From an uncultured Pelagibacteraceae bacterium (GTDB taxonomy: Bacteria; Pseudomonadota; Alphaproteobacteria; Pelagibacterales; Pelagibacteraceae), in NCBI GenBank assembly GCA_902510495.1, contig CABXBX010000001.1, positions 1 to 52,161 on the forward strand: a stretch of 52,161 nucleotides of DNA. Reading direction: 5' to 3'. Under the pieces are notes generated by a model. The model was not told where the DNA came from, made no database searches, and was given only the letters and a program-made list of their open reading frames with translations. The stretch's first letter is position 1. The number at the start of each line of letters is the position of its first letter. The position numbers and the translations under genes were made by a program. Positions 31,246 through 40,625 of this stretch are shown in pieces.

Positions 31246-31723
31246 AACTGTATTTCTAGGAATTGGTTCTAATTTAGGAAATAAAAAAAATAATATTGAG
31301 AAAGCAAAGTTTGGATTAATCAAAAAGAACATTTGGATAGAAAAATCATCAAATTATTATGAAAGTTTATCTTGGCCAAACCCAACAAATCCTAAATTTT
31401 TAAATATTGTATTAAAAATTAAAACAAATTTAACACCAGCTAAGTTGCTTCATGTTTGTAAAAATATAGAAGTTTCTCTTGGTAGAAAAAAAAGGGGGAA
31501 AAATGAACCTCGTGAATGTGATGTAGATATAATTGATTATAATAATCAAAAAGAAAATACCAAGATCATTTTACCTCATCCAAGAATGAGTAAAAGAAAT
31601 TTTGTTCTTTTTCCTTTATACGAGCTAGATAAAGCTTGGATACATCCTATTTCAGGTCAACCTATAAAAAAACTAATATTATCATTATCAAATAGAGACA
31701 TTAGGTCTATTAAACAAATTTAA
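31226..31723 (+). CDS. folK: 6-hydroxymethyl-7,8-dihydropterin pyrophosphokinase (start revised to MLENQ at 31226)
   Basis: [38 protein letters not shown]. Confidence 0.95.
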   Translation: MLENQVKTVFLGIGSNLGNKKNNIEKAKFGLIKKNIWIEKSSNYYESLSWPNPTNPKFLNIVLKIKTNLTPAKLLHVCKNIEVSLGRKKRGKNEPRECDVDIIDYNNQKENTKIILPHPRMSKRNFVLFPLYELDKAWIHPISGQPIKKLILSLSNRDIRSIKQI

Positions 31724-31728
31724 ATTAG

Positions 31729-31737
31729 TGATATAAT
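31729..31737 (+). promoter_or_regulatory. Consensus extended -10 (TGaTATAAT) 6 nt before the rel/spoT ATG
   Basis: tg a tataat aaatac ATG; no SD in the 20-bp spacer. Confidence 0.65.
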
Positions 31738-31743
31738 AAATAC

Positions 31744-33489
31744 ATGCTTAACTCTGAAGATTTAATAAATAAAGTTAAGGTTTATAATAAATTTTTAAAT
31801 CCTGAAAAACTTAATAAAGCATATGATTTTGCTGTTAAAGCTCATGGTAATCAAAAAAGAGCATCAGGAGATCCATATTCTGTTCATCCTATTGAAGTAG
31901 CAAATATCCTAACGGATTTAAAGCTAGATAGTGCAACAATAACTACAGGGCTGTTACATGATACTATAGAAGATACTTTTGCCACCTACGAGACAATCAA
32001 AGGAGAGTTTGGTGATGAAGTTGCCGATTTAGTTGATGGTGTAACAAAAATATCTGTTTTAGAAAATACTGCTACTTCAAACTCTAAAGCAGAAAATTTT
32101 AGAAAATTAATATTAGCCACCTCAAAAGATATAAGAGTATTACTTGTAAAGATTGCAGATCGTTTACATAATATGAGAACAATCAAAGCTATAACAAAAG
32201 AAGATAAAAGAAAGAGAATTGCTCAAGAGACAATGGAAATTTATGCTCCACTAGCTGACAGAATGGGTATGCATAGAATTAGAGATGAGCTAGAAGATTT
32301 ATCATTTGAAGTACTTAACAATGAGGCACGAACTTTGATACAAAACAGACTAGATGAAATAAAATTAGATAAAAAAGATATTTTTGAAACTCTCTCTAAC
32401 GAAATACAATTATTGTTAAACAAAAATAATATTAAATCAAAAATTTATGGAAGAGAAAAAACACCATTTTCAATTTGGAGAAAAGTTCAAAAAAAACGTG
32501 TCTCTCTAGAACAAATCACAGATATAATAGGATTTAGAATAATCTTAAGAAATATAGATGATTGTTATAAAACTTTAGGTGTAATACATAAAGAATACAA
32601 TTGTATACCGGGCAAATTTAAAGATTATATTTCTTCAGCTAAAATCAATGGCTATAAATCAATTCATACAGCTGTTATTGGTTCATATAAAAAACCAATT
32701 GAAATTCAAATTAGAACAATTGATATGCATGATTTTGCTGAAAGAGGTATAGCTTCTCATTGGCAATATAAATCATCAGAGAAATTTAGTTCTCTTACTT
32801 GGAAAGAATACGATTGGTTGAAAGATCTAGTAGAAATTATAGAAAAAAATGAAAATCCAGAACATTCTTACGAATATACTAAATTACAAATGTTCCAAGA
32901 AAATGTATTTTGTTTTACACCAAAAGGATCTGTTATTAAATTACCTAAAGATGCAACTGCAATTGACTTTGCTTATGCTGTTCATACAAAAGTAGGAGAT
33001 ACAGCTATCGGATGTGAAGTTAACGGAAATAAATCAGAACTTCAAAGTATTTTAAGAAACGGAGACAGAGTAAATATCATTACTTCAAAAAAACAGTCTC
33101 CCTCATTGCATTGGATACCAGCTACTAAAACTGGAAAAGCAAGAGCTGCTATAAGAAGATACTGGCATGAAAGAGGTGAGGAAAAACAAGAAAGGGTAAA
33201 AAAATATAATACAACTTTGTGGATTTCTTTACCCGATAAACCAGGACAATTAGGAAATGTAAGCTCATTAATAGGGAGTCATAAATTGAATATTTCAAAC
33301 CTTGAGATGGCTGGTAAAAACCCCAATTATATTAATTTTAAGTTTCAATTAATAATAAGAGATCTAAAAAATTTCACTAATTTTATTGCAGAGCTTAAAC
33401 AAAAGGGTATAAAATTTAAAATAATCAGACACGAAGATAAAAGAAATGCTTTCACACAAAAAATCCTTAGATATTTTAATAAAGACTAA
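31744..33489 (+). CDS. spoT: Bifunctional (p)ppGpp synthetase/hydrolase (long RSH, internally shortened)
   Basis: HD domain (RASGDPY..HP, LLHDTIED, ADRLHNMRT), synthetase (GREK, FKDY, YKSIHT, EIQIRT), TGS (FTPKG, DFAYAVHT) and C-terminal ACT. Confidence 0.95.
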   Translation: MLNSEDLINKVKVYNKFLNPEKLNKAYDFAVKAHGNQKRASGDPYSVHPIEVANILTDLKLDSATITTGLLHDTIEDTFATYETIKGEFGDEVADLVDGVTKISVLENTATSNSKAENFRKLILATSKDIRVLLVKIADRLHNMRTIKAITKEDKRKRIAQETMEIYAPLADRMGMHRIRDELEDLSFEVLNNEARTLIQNRLDEIKLDKKDIFETLSNEIQLLLNKNNIKSKIYGREKTPFSIWRKVQKKRVSLEQITDIIGFRIILRNIDDCYKTLGVIHKEYNCIPGKFKDYISSAKINGYKSIHTAVIGSYKKPIEIQIRTIDMHDFAERGIASHWQYKSSEKFSSLTWKEYDWLKDLVEIIEKNENPEHSYEYTKLQMFQENVFCFTPKGSVIKLPKDATAIDFAYAVHTKVGDTAIGCEVNGNKSELQSILRNGDRVNIITSKKQSPSLHWIPATKTGKARAAIRRYWHERGEEKQERVKKYNTTLWISLPDKPGQLGNVSSLIGSHKLNISNLEMAGKNPNYINFKFQLIIRDLKNFTNFIAELKQKGIKFKIIRHEDKRNAFTQKILRYFNKD

Positions 33490-34033
33490 AGCACTATTAG
33501 AAGGCCACTTTGTTTTATCCTCAGGTTTGCACTCACCTAAATATATACAGTGCGCAAAACTTCTCAGTCATCCTTCCAAAGCAGAACAGCTATGTAAATC
33601 TTTAGCTTTTAAGATTAAAAAAAAATTCAAAAATTTTGATATGATTTTAGCTCCAGCAATGGGTGGTATAATTATTGGTTATGAGATAGGCCGATTATTA
33701 AAAAAAGAAACTATTTTTTGTGAAAGGGTAAAAGGAAAATTTTCTTTAAGAAGAGGATTTAAAATAAAAAAAGGATCAAAAGTCTTAATTATTGAAGATG
33801 TAATAACAACAGGAAAATCCAGCTTAGAATGTGTAAAATTAATTAAAAAATCAAAAGCATCATTGGTTGGATTTGCATCAATTATAGATAGATCTTCAAA
33901 AAAATCTTTGAAAATAAAAAAAAAAATAATTTCGCAATTAAAAATTGACGTACCTACATTTAAGAAAAATAAAATTCCAGAAGGTTTAAAGTTAATTCCA
34001 ATTACAAAACCCGGTAGTAGATTTATTAAGTGA
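33446..34033 (+). CDS. pyrE: Orotate phosphoribosyltransferase
   Basis: GHFVLSSGLHS..YIQC, PAMGG, VLIIEDVITTGKS, KPGSR; 44-nt overlap with spoT. Confidence 0.96.
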   Translation: MLSHKKSLDILIKTKALLEGHFVLSSGLHSPKYIQCAKLLSHPSKAEQLCKSLAFKIKKKFKNFDMILAPAMGGIIIGYEIGRLLKKETIFCERVKGKFSLRRGFKIKKGSKVLIIEDVITTGKSSLECVKLIKKSKASLVGFASIIDRSSKKSLKIKKKIISQLKIDVPTFKKNKIPEGLKLIPITKPGSRFIK

Positions 34034-34746
34034 AAAGATTAGGTGTTAATATTGATCATATAGCCACTTTACGAAATGCTCGTGGAGAACAACATCCCGA
34101 TCCAATTGTTGCCGCTGATTACTTAAGAAAATTAGGAGTGAATTCAATTACTATTCACCTTAGAGAAGACAGAAGACATATAAAAGATCTTGATGCAAAA
34201 ATGATTTGTTCCAAAAAAAATTTACTAGTCAATTTAGAGATTTCAACAAATCCAAAAATTGTAAATATAGCTTTAAGAATAAAACCTAATTTCATATGCA
34301 TTGTGCCAGAAAATAGAAAAGAAATTACAACAGAGGGTGGTCTTAACTTAAAAAAAAATAAAAAAAAATTACAAAAAATAATTAATCAATTTAAGAAAAA
34401 AAAGATTAGAACAAGCTTATTCATAAATCCATCTTTGACTGATGTCGAAACAGCAATAGAATTAAAAGCCGATTGTATAGAAATTCATACAGGAAAATTA
34501 GCAAATTTAATTAAATCCAAGAAAAAATACTTATATGAAATAAAAAAGATAAAAAAATGTGCAATCTTTGCAAAAAAAAATAATTTAGAAGTTCATGCAG
34601 GACATGGTTTAGATTATAAATCTACAAAACTTTTAACCAAAATTAATCAAATTGAAGAATTTAATATTGGCCATTTTTTAATTGGTGAGTCTATTTTTGA
34701 CGGGCTCCCAATAGTTATAAAAAGATTTAAAAAGATTTTAAGATAA
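34030..34746 (+). CDS. pdxJ: Pyridoxine 5'-phosphate synthase (GTG start)
   Basis: LGVNIDHIATLRNAR, HLREDRRHI, TTEGGL, EIHTG, AGHGL, NIGH. Confidence 0.98.
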   Translation: MKRLGVNIDHIATLRNARGEQHPDPIVAADYLRKLGVNSITIHLREDRRHIKDLDAKMICSKKNLLVNLEISTNPKIVNIALRIKPNFICIVPENRKEITTEGGLNLKKNKKKLQKIINQFKKKKIRTSLFINPSLTDVETAIELKADCIEIHTGKLANLIKSKKKYLYEIKKIKKCAIFAKKNNLEVHAGHGLDYKSTKLLTKINQIEEFNIGHFLIGESIFDGLPIVIKRFKKILR

Positions 34747-34752
34747 AAGGAT

Positions 34753-35139
34753 ATGAAAATTCTAGGAATAGGTGTTGATATTGTTCAAAATAAAAGAATT
34801 GGTTCTTTAATTAATAATAAAAGTTTTATTCTAAGAACTTTTGGAAAAAATGAAATCAAATTTTCCAAAAAAAATTCAAATAAGACTAATTATTTTTCTA
34901 AAAGATTTGCTGCAAAAGAAGCTTTAGCCAAATCTATTGGAACAGGTTTTCGAAACAATTTGAATCTTAGAGATATTGAAATTTTAAATAATAATCAGGG
35001 TAAACCCTTTTACTATAAATCTAAAAAAATTGATAATCTTATTAAGAAAAGGTTTAAAATAAAAAGATTCAATTTGTTTCTTTCAATTTCAGATGAAAAG
35101 GATTATTCAATAGCATTTGCAATAATACAAAATATCTAA
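34753..35139 (+). CDS. acpS: Holo-[acyl-carrier-protein] synthase
   Basis: GIGVDIV, RFAAKEA..KS.GTG, GKP, LSISD. Confidence 0.96.
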   Translation: MKILGIGVDIVQNKRIGSLINNKSFILRTFGKNEIKFSKKNSNKTNYFSKRFAAKEALAKSIGTGFRNNLNLRDIEILNNNQGKPFYYKSKKIDNLIKKRFKIKRFNLFLSISDEKDYSIAFAIIQNI

Positions 35140-35870
35140 TGTTAAATAAAAATTTTTTAATAGAAAATATCAAAACTTTATTTTATGCATTAGTTATAGC
35201 TATAATTATTAGATCATTATTAATTCAACCTTTTTATATACCCTCATCATCCATGGAACCAAATTTATTAGTTGGTGATAGAATTTTTGTTACCAAATAT
35301 TCATATGGTTATAGCAAACATTCATTTCCATTTAGTCCACCTTTGTTCAAAGGAAGATTAATCTATAATAAACCACAAAGAGGAGATGTTGTGGTATTTA
35401 AAACGCCTGCTGATAACAGAACAGACTATATTAAAAGATTAATTGGAATTCCTGGTGATACAATTAAATTTATTAATTCTAATTTATATGTAAATAATAG
35501 TGAAATTATTAAGTCTAAAATATCATCCTCTGATGTAATATTTTGTGGGAAAAAACAAATAAATGTATTTACATTTGAAGAACAATTAAATGGAAAAAGA
35601 TATCATTCAGTTTATTTAAAAAAATTTCCATATCAAAATTCCGATACTTTCAAAGTTCCAGAAAATCATTATTTTTTTTTAGGTGATAACAGAGACTGTT
35701 CTAAAGACAGTCGATTTTTATCAAGCGTAGGATATGTACATAGAGATAATTTAGTAGGAAAAGCGCAATTTATTTTTTTTTCTTCTGATAGATCAAAGGG
35801 TAGTATTTTTTCAATTTGGAATTGGGATGAAATTTTAAGACTTAATAGATTTTTCAAAAAAATAAAATAA
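35139..35870 (+). CDS. lepB: Signal peptidase I
   Basis: IPSSSMEPNL..GD, RGDVVVF, YIKRLIG.PGD, GDNRD.S.DSR. Confidence 0.98.
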   Translation: MLNKNFLIENIKTLFYALVIAIIIRSLLIQPFYIPSSSMEPNLLVGDRIFVTKYSYGYSKHSFPFSPPLFKGRLIYNKPQRGDVVVFKTPADNRTDYIKRLIGIPGDTIKFINSNLYVNNSEIIKSKISSSDVIFCGKKQINVFTFEEQLNGKRYHSVYLKKFPYQNSDTFKVPENHYFFLGDNRDCSKDSRFLSSVGYVHRDNLVGKAQFIFFSSDRSKGSIFSIWNWDEILRLNRFFKKIK

Positions 35871-36529
35871 TGAAGATAAATTTCTTAGATTTAGAAAAAA
35901 AAATTAAGATAAATTTTAAAGATAAAGAGTTATTAATACGTTCTTTAACACATAAAAGTTTTAATAAAGAAAATAATTATGAAAAATTAGAATTTTTAGG
36001 TGATCGAGTATTGGGATTAGTAATGTCAAAAAAACTAATTGAAATATACCCAAAAGAAAAGGAAGGTATTTTAGATAAAAAATTTGCATCTCTAGTGAAT
36101 AGAAAGACTTGTGTTGAAATTGCAAAAAAAATTGAACTAAATAAATATGTTTTAACTTTTAATAAAAAAAATATAATTGAGGATAAAGTATTAGCCGATA
36201 GTTTGGAGGCGTTAATGGGTTCGGTATATTTAGAAAAAGGATTTAATTCTGTAGAAAAAGTTATTTTAAGTTTATGGTCAGATCATATAAAAAATAGTAT
36301 AATTACCCAAATTGATGCAAAAACCAAATTACAAGAATTTTCGTTAAAAAAATATAAAAAGCTACCTTCATACAAACTAATTTCGAATACTGGGCCTAGA
36401 CATAAGCCTCTTTTTAAAGTCGGAGTAAAGTTAGTGGACTCAAAATTATATATTGCAGAAGGTAAATCGAAAAAAGATGCAGAACAAAATGCTGCAATCT
36501 TATGTTTAAAAAACATTAGTGATATATGA
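35870..36529 (+). CDS. rnc: Ribonuclease III
   Basis: LTHKS, NYEKLEFLGD, LADSLEALMG, dsRBD DAKTKLQE..GP.H...SKK.AEQ.AA. Confidence 0.97.
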   Translation: MKINFLDLEKKIKINFKDKELLIRSLTHKSFNKENNYEKLEFLGDRVLGLVMSKKLIEIYPKEKEGILDKKFASLVNRKTCVEIAKKIELNKYVLTFNKKNIIEDKVLADSLEALMGSVYLEKGFNSVEKVILSLWSDHIKNSIITQIDAKTKLQEFSLKKYKKLPSYKLISNTGPRHKPLFKVGVKLVDSKLYIAEGKSKKDAEQNAAILCLKNISDI

Positions 36530-37206
36530 TTTGGGACGATAGTGGTTTTTTACTTTCAAAAAACAGATATAATGAAAACTCATTAATATCAGAAATTTTT
36601 ACAAAAAATCATGGAAAAGTAACTGGTATAATTTTTGGTGGAACTTCGAAAAAAATTAAAAATTATCTTCAAATCGGAAATAAAATACACATAAATTTTA
36701 ATTCAAAAACAGAAAATAAAATTGGTTATTTTAAGATTGAAATTCAACAAGCTTTATCACCACTTTATTTTGATAATCCTCAAAAGTTAACATGCATAAT
36801 TTCTGCAATGCAATTAGTAAAATTATTAACCGCAGAATCTCAAACTAATGAAATTATTTATAGATTGATAAATAGATTTTATTCAATACTTGAAGAAACA
36901 CATTGGATTAAAGAGTATATATTTTGGGAATTAGAATTATTTAAGCTTGTTGGCTTTGACTTAGAATTAGACAAATTAGTTGATAAAGAATTAGTTGAAA
37001 ATGAATTAATATATATTTCAAAATCCCCTAATGAAAAAAGAGTAGTTCCAAATTTTCTTATTGACAGAAATGATGAAAAAGTTGATTTAATAAATTTACA
37101 AAAAGGATTAAAGTTAGTAGGTGATTATTTAGAAAAAACTATTTTAAAACCAAATAATCTAAATCAACCAAAAAGTAGATTGGAATTTATAAATACAATT
37201 AAATAA
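36526..37206 (+). CDS. recO: DNA repair protein RecO
   Basis: W.D.G..LS....E, FT..HGK, LQ.GN, WEL.L....GF; follows rnc. Confidence 0.88.
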   Translation: MIWDDSGFLLSKNRYNENSLISEIFTKNHGKVTGIIFGGTSKKIKNYLQIGNKIHINFNSKTENKIGYFKIEIQQALSPLYFDNPQKLTCIISAMQLVKLLTAESQTNEIIYRLINRFYSILEETHWIKEYIFWELELFKLVGFDLELDKLVDKELVENELIYISKSPNEKRVVPNFLIDRNDEKVDLINLQKGLKLVGDYLEKTILKPNNLNQPKSRLEFINTIK

Positions 37207-38196
37207 TTATTTCAAAATCTTATCTAATTTATCAGCGTAATAACTTACAATTGCATTCGCACCAGCTCTTTTAAAAGAAATAAGACTTTCTAAAATGGCA
37301 TGATCATCAATTGTTCCTTTTTTGATACCATTAGACAACAAGCTATATTCACCTGAAACTTGGTAAGCCATAACTGGTATTTTGAAATTATCTTTGACCA
37401 GTCTAATTATATCTAGATAGGGTAGTCCTGGTTTTACCATTACCATATCAGCTCCTTCTTTTACGTCCAAAGCAACTTCTCTTAGTGCTTCGTTACTATT
37501 TCTAAAATCCATTTGATAATTTTTTTTATCTCCTTTTAAGAGACCTTTAGAACCAACAGCATCTCTAAATGGCCCATAAAAACCAGAGGCATATTTTACA
37601 GCATAAGATAATATCTGAGTCATTTTGAAACCATTTTTATCAAGTGATTTTCTTATTTCGCCTATTCTGCCATCCATCATGTCAGATGGAGCCAATACAT
37701 CACAACCCATCTGCGCTTGTAATAATGATTGGTCAATTAGAATTTTATTAGTTTCATCATTTAGTATATAATTGTTCTTTATTAAACCATCATGACCATG
37801 TGATGTGTAAGGATCTAAAGCTACATCACACATAATACCAATTTCATTTTTATATTTTTTTTTGATTAATCGGATAGCTTTACAAACCAAATTGTCTTCG
37901 TTTAAAGCCTCAGTACCCAGGTAATTTTTTTTCTTTTTTTGAGTATTTGGAAATAAAGCAATCATTGGCAATCCTTTTTTTATAGCTCTATCTACGATAA
38001 AAGTGATTTTATCTAATGAATATCGATATACATCAGGCATAGATTCTATTGCTTGTTTTTTGTTGTTTCCATCAATTAAAAAAACAGGCAAGATGAAATC
38101 ATTAGGTGTTAGGTTGTTTTCTTCAACTAATCTTCTGGACCAATCGCTTTTTCTACTACGTCTAAGTCTCAAACTGGGATATTTTCCTGTAATCAT
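37207..38196 (-). CDS. hemB: Porphobilinogen synthase (Zn-independent, Asp-rich type)
   Basis: RLRR.R, DVALDPYTSHGHDG, APSDMMDGR, FYGPFRDA, MVKP, AYQVSGEY. Confidence 0.98.
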   Translation of the reverse strand: MITGKYPSLRLRRSRKSDWSRRLVEENNLTPNDFILPVFLIDGNNKKQAIESMPDVYRYSLDKITFIVDRAIKKGLPMIALFPNTQKKKKNYLGTEALNEDNLVCKAIRLIKKKYKNEIGIMCDVALDPYTSHGHDGLIKNNYILNDETNKILIDQSLLQAQMGCDVLAPSDMMDGRIGEIRKSLDKNGFKMTQILSYAVKYASGFYGPFRDAVGSKGLLKGDKKNYQMDFRNSNEALREVALDVKEGADMVMVKPGLPYLDIIRLVKDNFKIPVMAYQVSGEYSLLSNGIKKGTIDDHAILESLISFKRAGANAIVSYYADKLDKILK

Positions 38197-38287
38197 GTTT
38201 AAATTTATTTTAAAAATGCGACAAATGTAATATACAAATATATCTGAAAAAGGATATTAAACAATATCAAGAGACAAATATTTATAT

Positions 38288-38878
38288 ATGAATTTAAATT
38301 ATAATGATTTTCAAAAGCAAGATGTCAAATTTGATATTGTTGAGCTTCAAAAAGCATACAAAGAAATACTAAAAATAAAAGATTTTAATGGACCTGATGG
38401 AATTACTAATTTTGGTGCTATTTCATTAACACAAATACCTGGTGATCCAGACTCAATTAAAGGTCATAAAGCCAGAGGTGTGTTTTGGACTAAACCAGAC
38501 GGATCTGGCAAAGAAGTTGTTAGAGATGAAATGATTAACGAAGCTGAATACTCAGAATTTATTGAAGATTATAAAAAAACTTACTTTAAAGAAGTTTTTG
38601 ATGTTTTGTCCTCAAAGTATAAGTTGGGTCGAGTTAGAATTTTATTAAAACAACCAAGATCTACATTAAGTTGGCATAGAGATCCAGAACCTAGATTACA
38701 TATTCCTATAATTACAAATCCAGGTTCAATAATGGTAATTGATAATGTTGCAAAACATTTGCCAGCAGATGGATCTGTTTGGATTACAAACAATACCAAA
38801 TATCACAATGCATTCAATGGTGGAGAAGAAAATAGAATACATTTAGTTGCATGTGTTTTAGACCATAAATTTAATTAG
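38288..38878 (+). CDS. Asp/Asn beta-hydroxylase-like 2OG-Fe(II) oxygenase, substrate unknown
   Basis: WHRD (HxD), RLHIPIITN, distal H in KYHNAFNGG, and RIHLV: the facial-triad pattern of the AspH/proline-hydroxylase family; no TM segments. Confidence 0.75.
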   Translation: MNLNYNDFQKQDVKFDIVELQKAYKEILKIKDFNGPDGITNFGAISLTQIPGDPDSIKGHKARGVFWTKPDGSGKEVVRDEMINEAEYSEFIEDYKKTYFKEVFDVLSSKYKLGRVRILLKQPRSTLSWHRDPEPRLHIPIITNPGSIMVIDNVAKHLPADGSVWITNNTKYHNAFNGGEENRIHLVACVLDHKFN

Positions 38879-38879
38879 T

Positions 38880-39305
38880 TTGAAAAAATTATTCATTTCA
38901 TCAGATCACGCAGGATTTACTCTTAAGGAACAAATTAAAAAAAAGTTTAAAAATAAATACTCTTTTTTTGATCTAGGTACTAATAATTCCAAAGACTCTG
39001 TGAACTATCCTGATTATGCACATAAGCTTTGTAAAAAAGTAGCCAAAAATAGTAAAAATATTGGTATTTTAGTTTGTGGTTCAGGCATGGGTATGTCAAT
39101 GGCGGCAAACAGACACAAAAAAATTAGGGCTGCGGTGTGTTATTCTACTAAAAATACAAAATTATCTAGATTGCATAACAATGCAAATATTATTACATTA
39201 GGATCTAGGTTAACAAAAAAAAATACTGCATTTAAATGTATTGACGTATTCGTAAATACTAAATTTGAAGGTGGCAGGCATAAAAAAAGAGTGAGGAAGA
39301 TTTAA
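38880..39305 (+). CDS. rpiB: Ribose-5-phosphate isomerase B (TTG start)
   Basis: SDHAG, YPDYA, CGSGMGMSMAANR, HNNAN, FEGGRH..RV. Confidence 0.96.
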   Translation: MKKLFISSDHAGFTLKEQIKKKFKNKYSFFDLGTNNSKDSVNYPDYAHKLCKKVAKNSKNIGILVCGSGMGMSMAANRHKKIRAAVCYSTKNTKLSRLHNNANIITLGSRLTKKNTAFKCIDVFVNTKFEGGRHKKRVRKI

Positions 39306-39311
39306 AACAAA

Positions 39312-40625
39312 ATGTCTAGTGAATCAAAATATATAAATTCAAGTTATGAAGATTTTTTTGAAAAAAGTCTTCAGAAAACTGACCCAGATTTATTTAAAGC
39401 AATCAATAATGAATTAGTAAGACAGCAAAACCATATAGAATTAATAGCATCTGAGAACATAGTTTCTCAAGCTGTTTTGGAGGCTCAAGGTTCTGTGTTA
39501 ACTAATAAATATGCAGAAGGATATCCGGGAAAAAGATATTACAATGGTTGTGAACATGTGGATGTTGCTGAACAATTAGCATTAGAAAGAATAAAAAAAC
39601 TTTTTAATTGTAAATACGCTAATGTACAACCACATTCAGGTGCTCAAGCTAATGGTGCTGTTTTTTTAGCATTACTTAAACCAAATGATACATTTATGGG
39701 AATGAGTTTAAATTCTGGTGGCCATATCACACACGGTTTAAAAATTTCAATGTCTGGTAAATGGTTTAATGCAATCAGTTATGATGTTGATAAAAAATCT
39801 GAGCTTATTGATTATGACAATGTTGAAAAACTTGCTTTAGAGCATAAACCAAAATTAATTATTGCTGGTGGAAGTGCTTACTCAAGAATAATTGATTTCA
39901 AAAGATTTAGAGAAATTGCTGACAAGGTGGGAGCTTATCTAATGGTTGATATGGCACATTTTTCAGGACTAGTTGCTGGAAAAGGGTACCCAAATCCATG
40001 TGATTATGCTCATGTTGTTACTTCTACAACTCATAAAGTTTTTAGAAGTGCAAGAGGTGGAATAATTTTATCAAATAATGAAGATTTGGGCAAAAAGTTT
40101 GATACCGCTGTATTCCCTGGATATCAAGGTGGACCTTTAATGCATATAATTGCTGCTAAAGCTGCAGGATTTTTTGAAGCTTTGAAACCTGAATTTCAAA
40201 CTTATATAAAAAATGTTTTAGCTAATGCAAAAATTTTAGCTGAAACTTTAAAAAACAATGGTTTTAAAATTTATTCTGGAGGAACAGATACTCACTTAAT
40301 GTTGGTTGATCTAAGACCCTTCAATGTAAAAGGTAATTTAGCTTCAGAAAGTTTATGTAGAGCCAATATAACTTGTAATAAAAATGGAATACCATTTGAC
40401 ACTGAAAAACCAATGATTACTTCTGGTATTAGATTAGGTTCTCAAGCAGCAACCACAAGAGGTTTTGGTTTAAAAGAATTTGAAAAAGTAGGAGAACTGA
40501 TTACTAAAGTTATAAAAGGTCTTTCTGAAAATCCTAATGATAATAGTAAAATTGAGGAAGAAGTGAGAAATGAAGTTATAGATTTATGTTCTTCATTTCC
40601 AATTTATAAAAATTTAAATAAATGA
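39312..40625 (+). CDS. glyA: Serine hydroxymethyltransferase
   Basis: [32 protein letters not shown] lysine in TTHK, SGIRLG. Confidence 0.99.
   Translation: MSSESKYINSSYEDFFEKSLQKTDPDLFKAINNELVRQQNHIELIASENIVSQAVLEAQGSVLTNKYAEGYPGKRYYNGCEHVDVAEQLALERIKKLFNCKYANVQPHSGAQANGAVFLALLKPNDTFMGMSLNSGGHITHGLKISMSGKWFNAISYDVDKKSELIDYDNVEKLALEHKPKLIIAGGSAYSRIIDFKRFREIADKVGAYLMVDMAHFSGLVAGKGYPNPCDYAHVVTSTTHKVFRSARGGIILSNNEDLGKKFDTAVFPGYQGGPLMHIIAAKAAGFFEALKPEFQTYIKNVLANAKILAETLKNNGFKIYSGGTDTHLMLVDLRPFNVKGNLASESLCRANITCNKNGIPFDTEKPMITSGIRLGSQAATTRGFGLKEFEKVGELITKVIKGLSENPNDNSKIEEEVRNEVIDLCSSFPIYKNLNK

Noticed and set aside
38197-38287. GCGACAAAT / GAGACAAAT words upstream of hemB (also GTGACAAAT at 27521) resembling RegA half-sites
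   Set aside because: Only half of the GCG.C-N-G.CGC palindrome is present; too weak to call.
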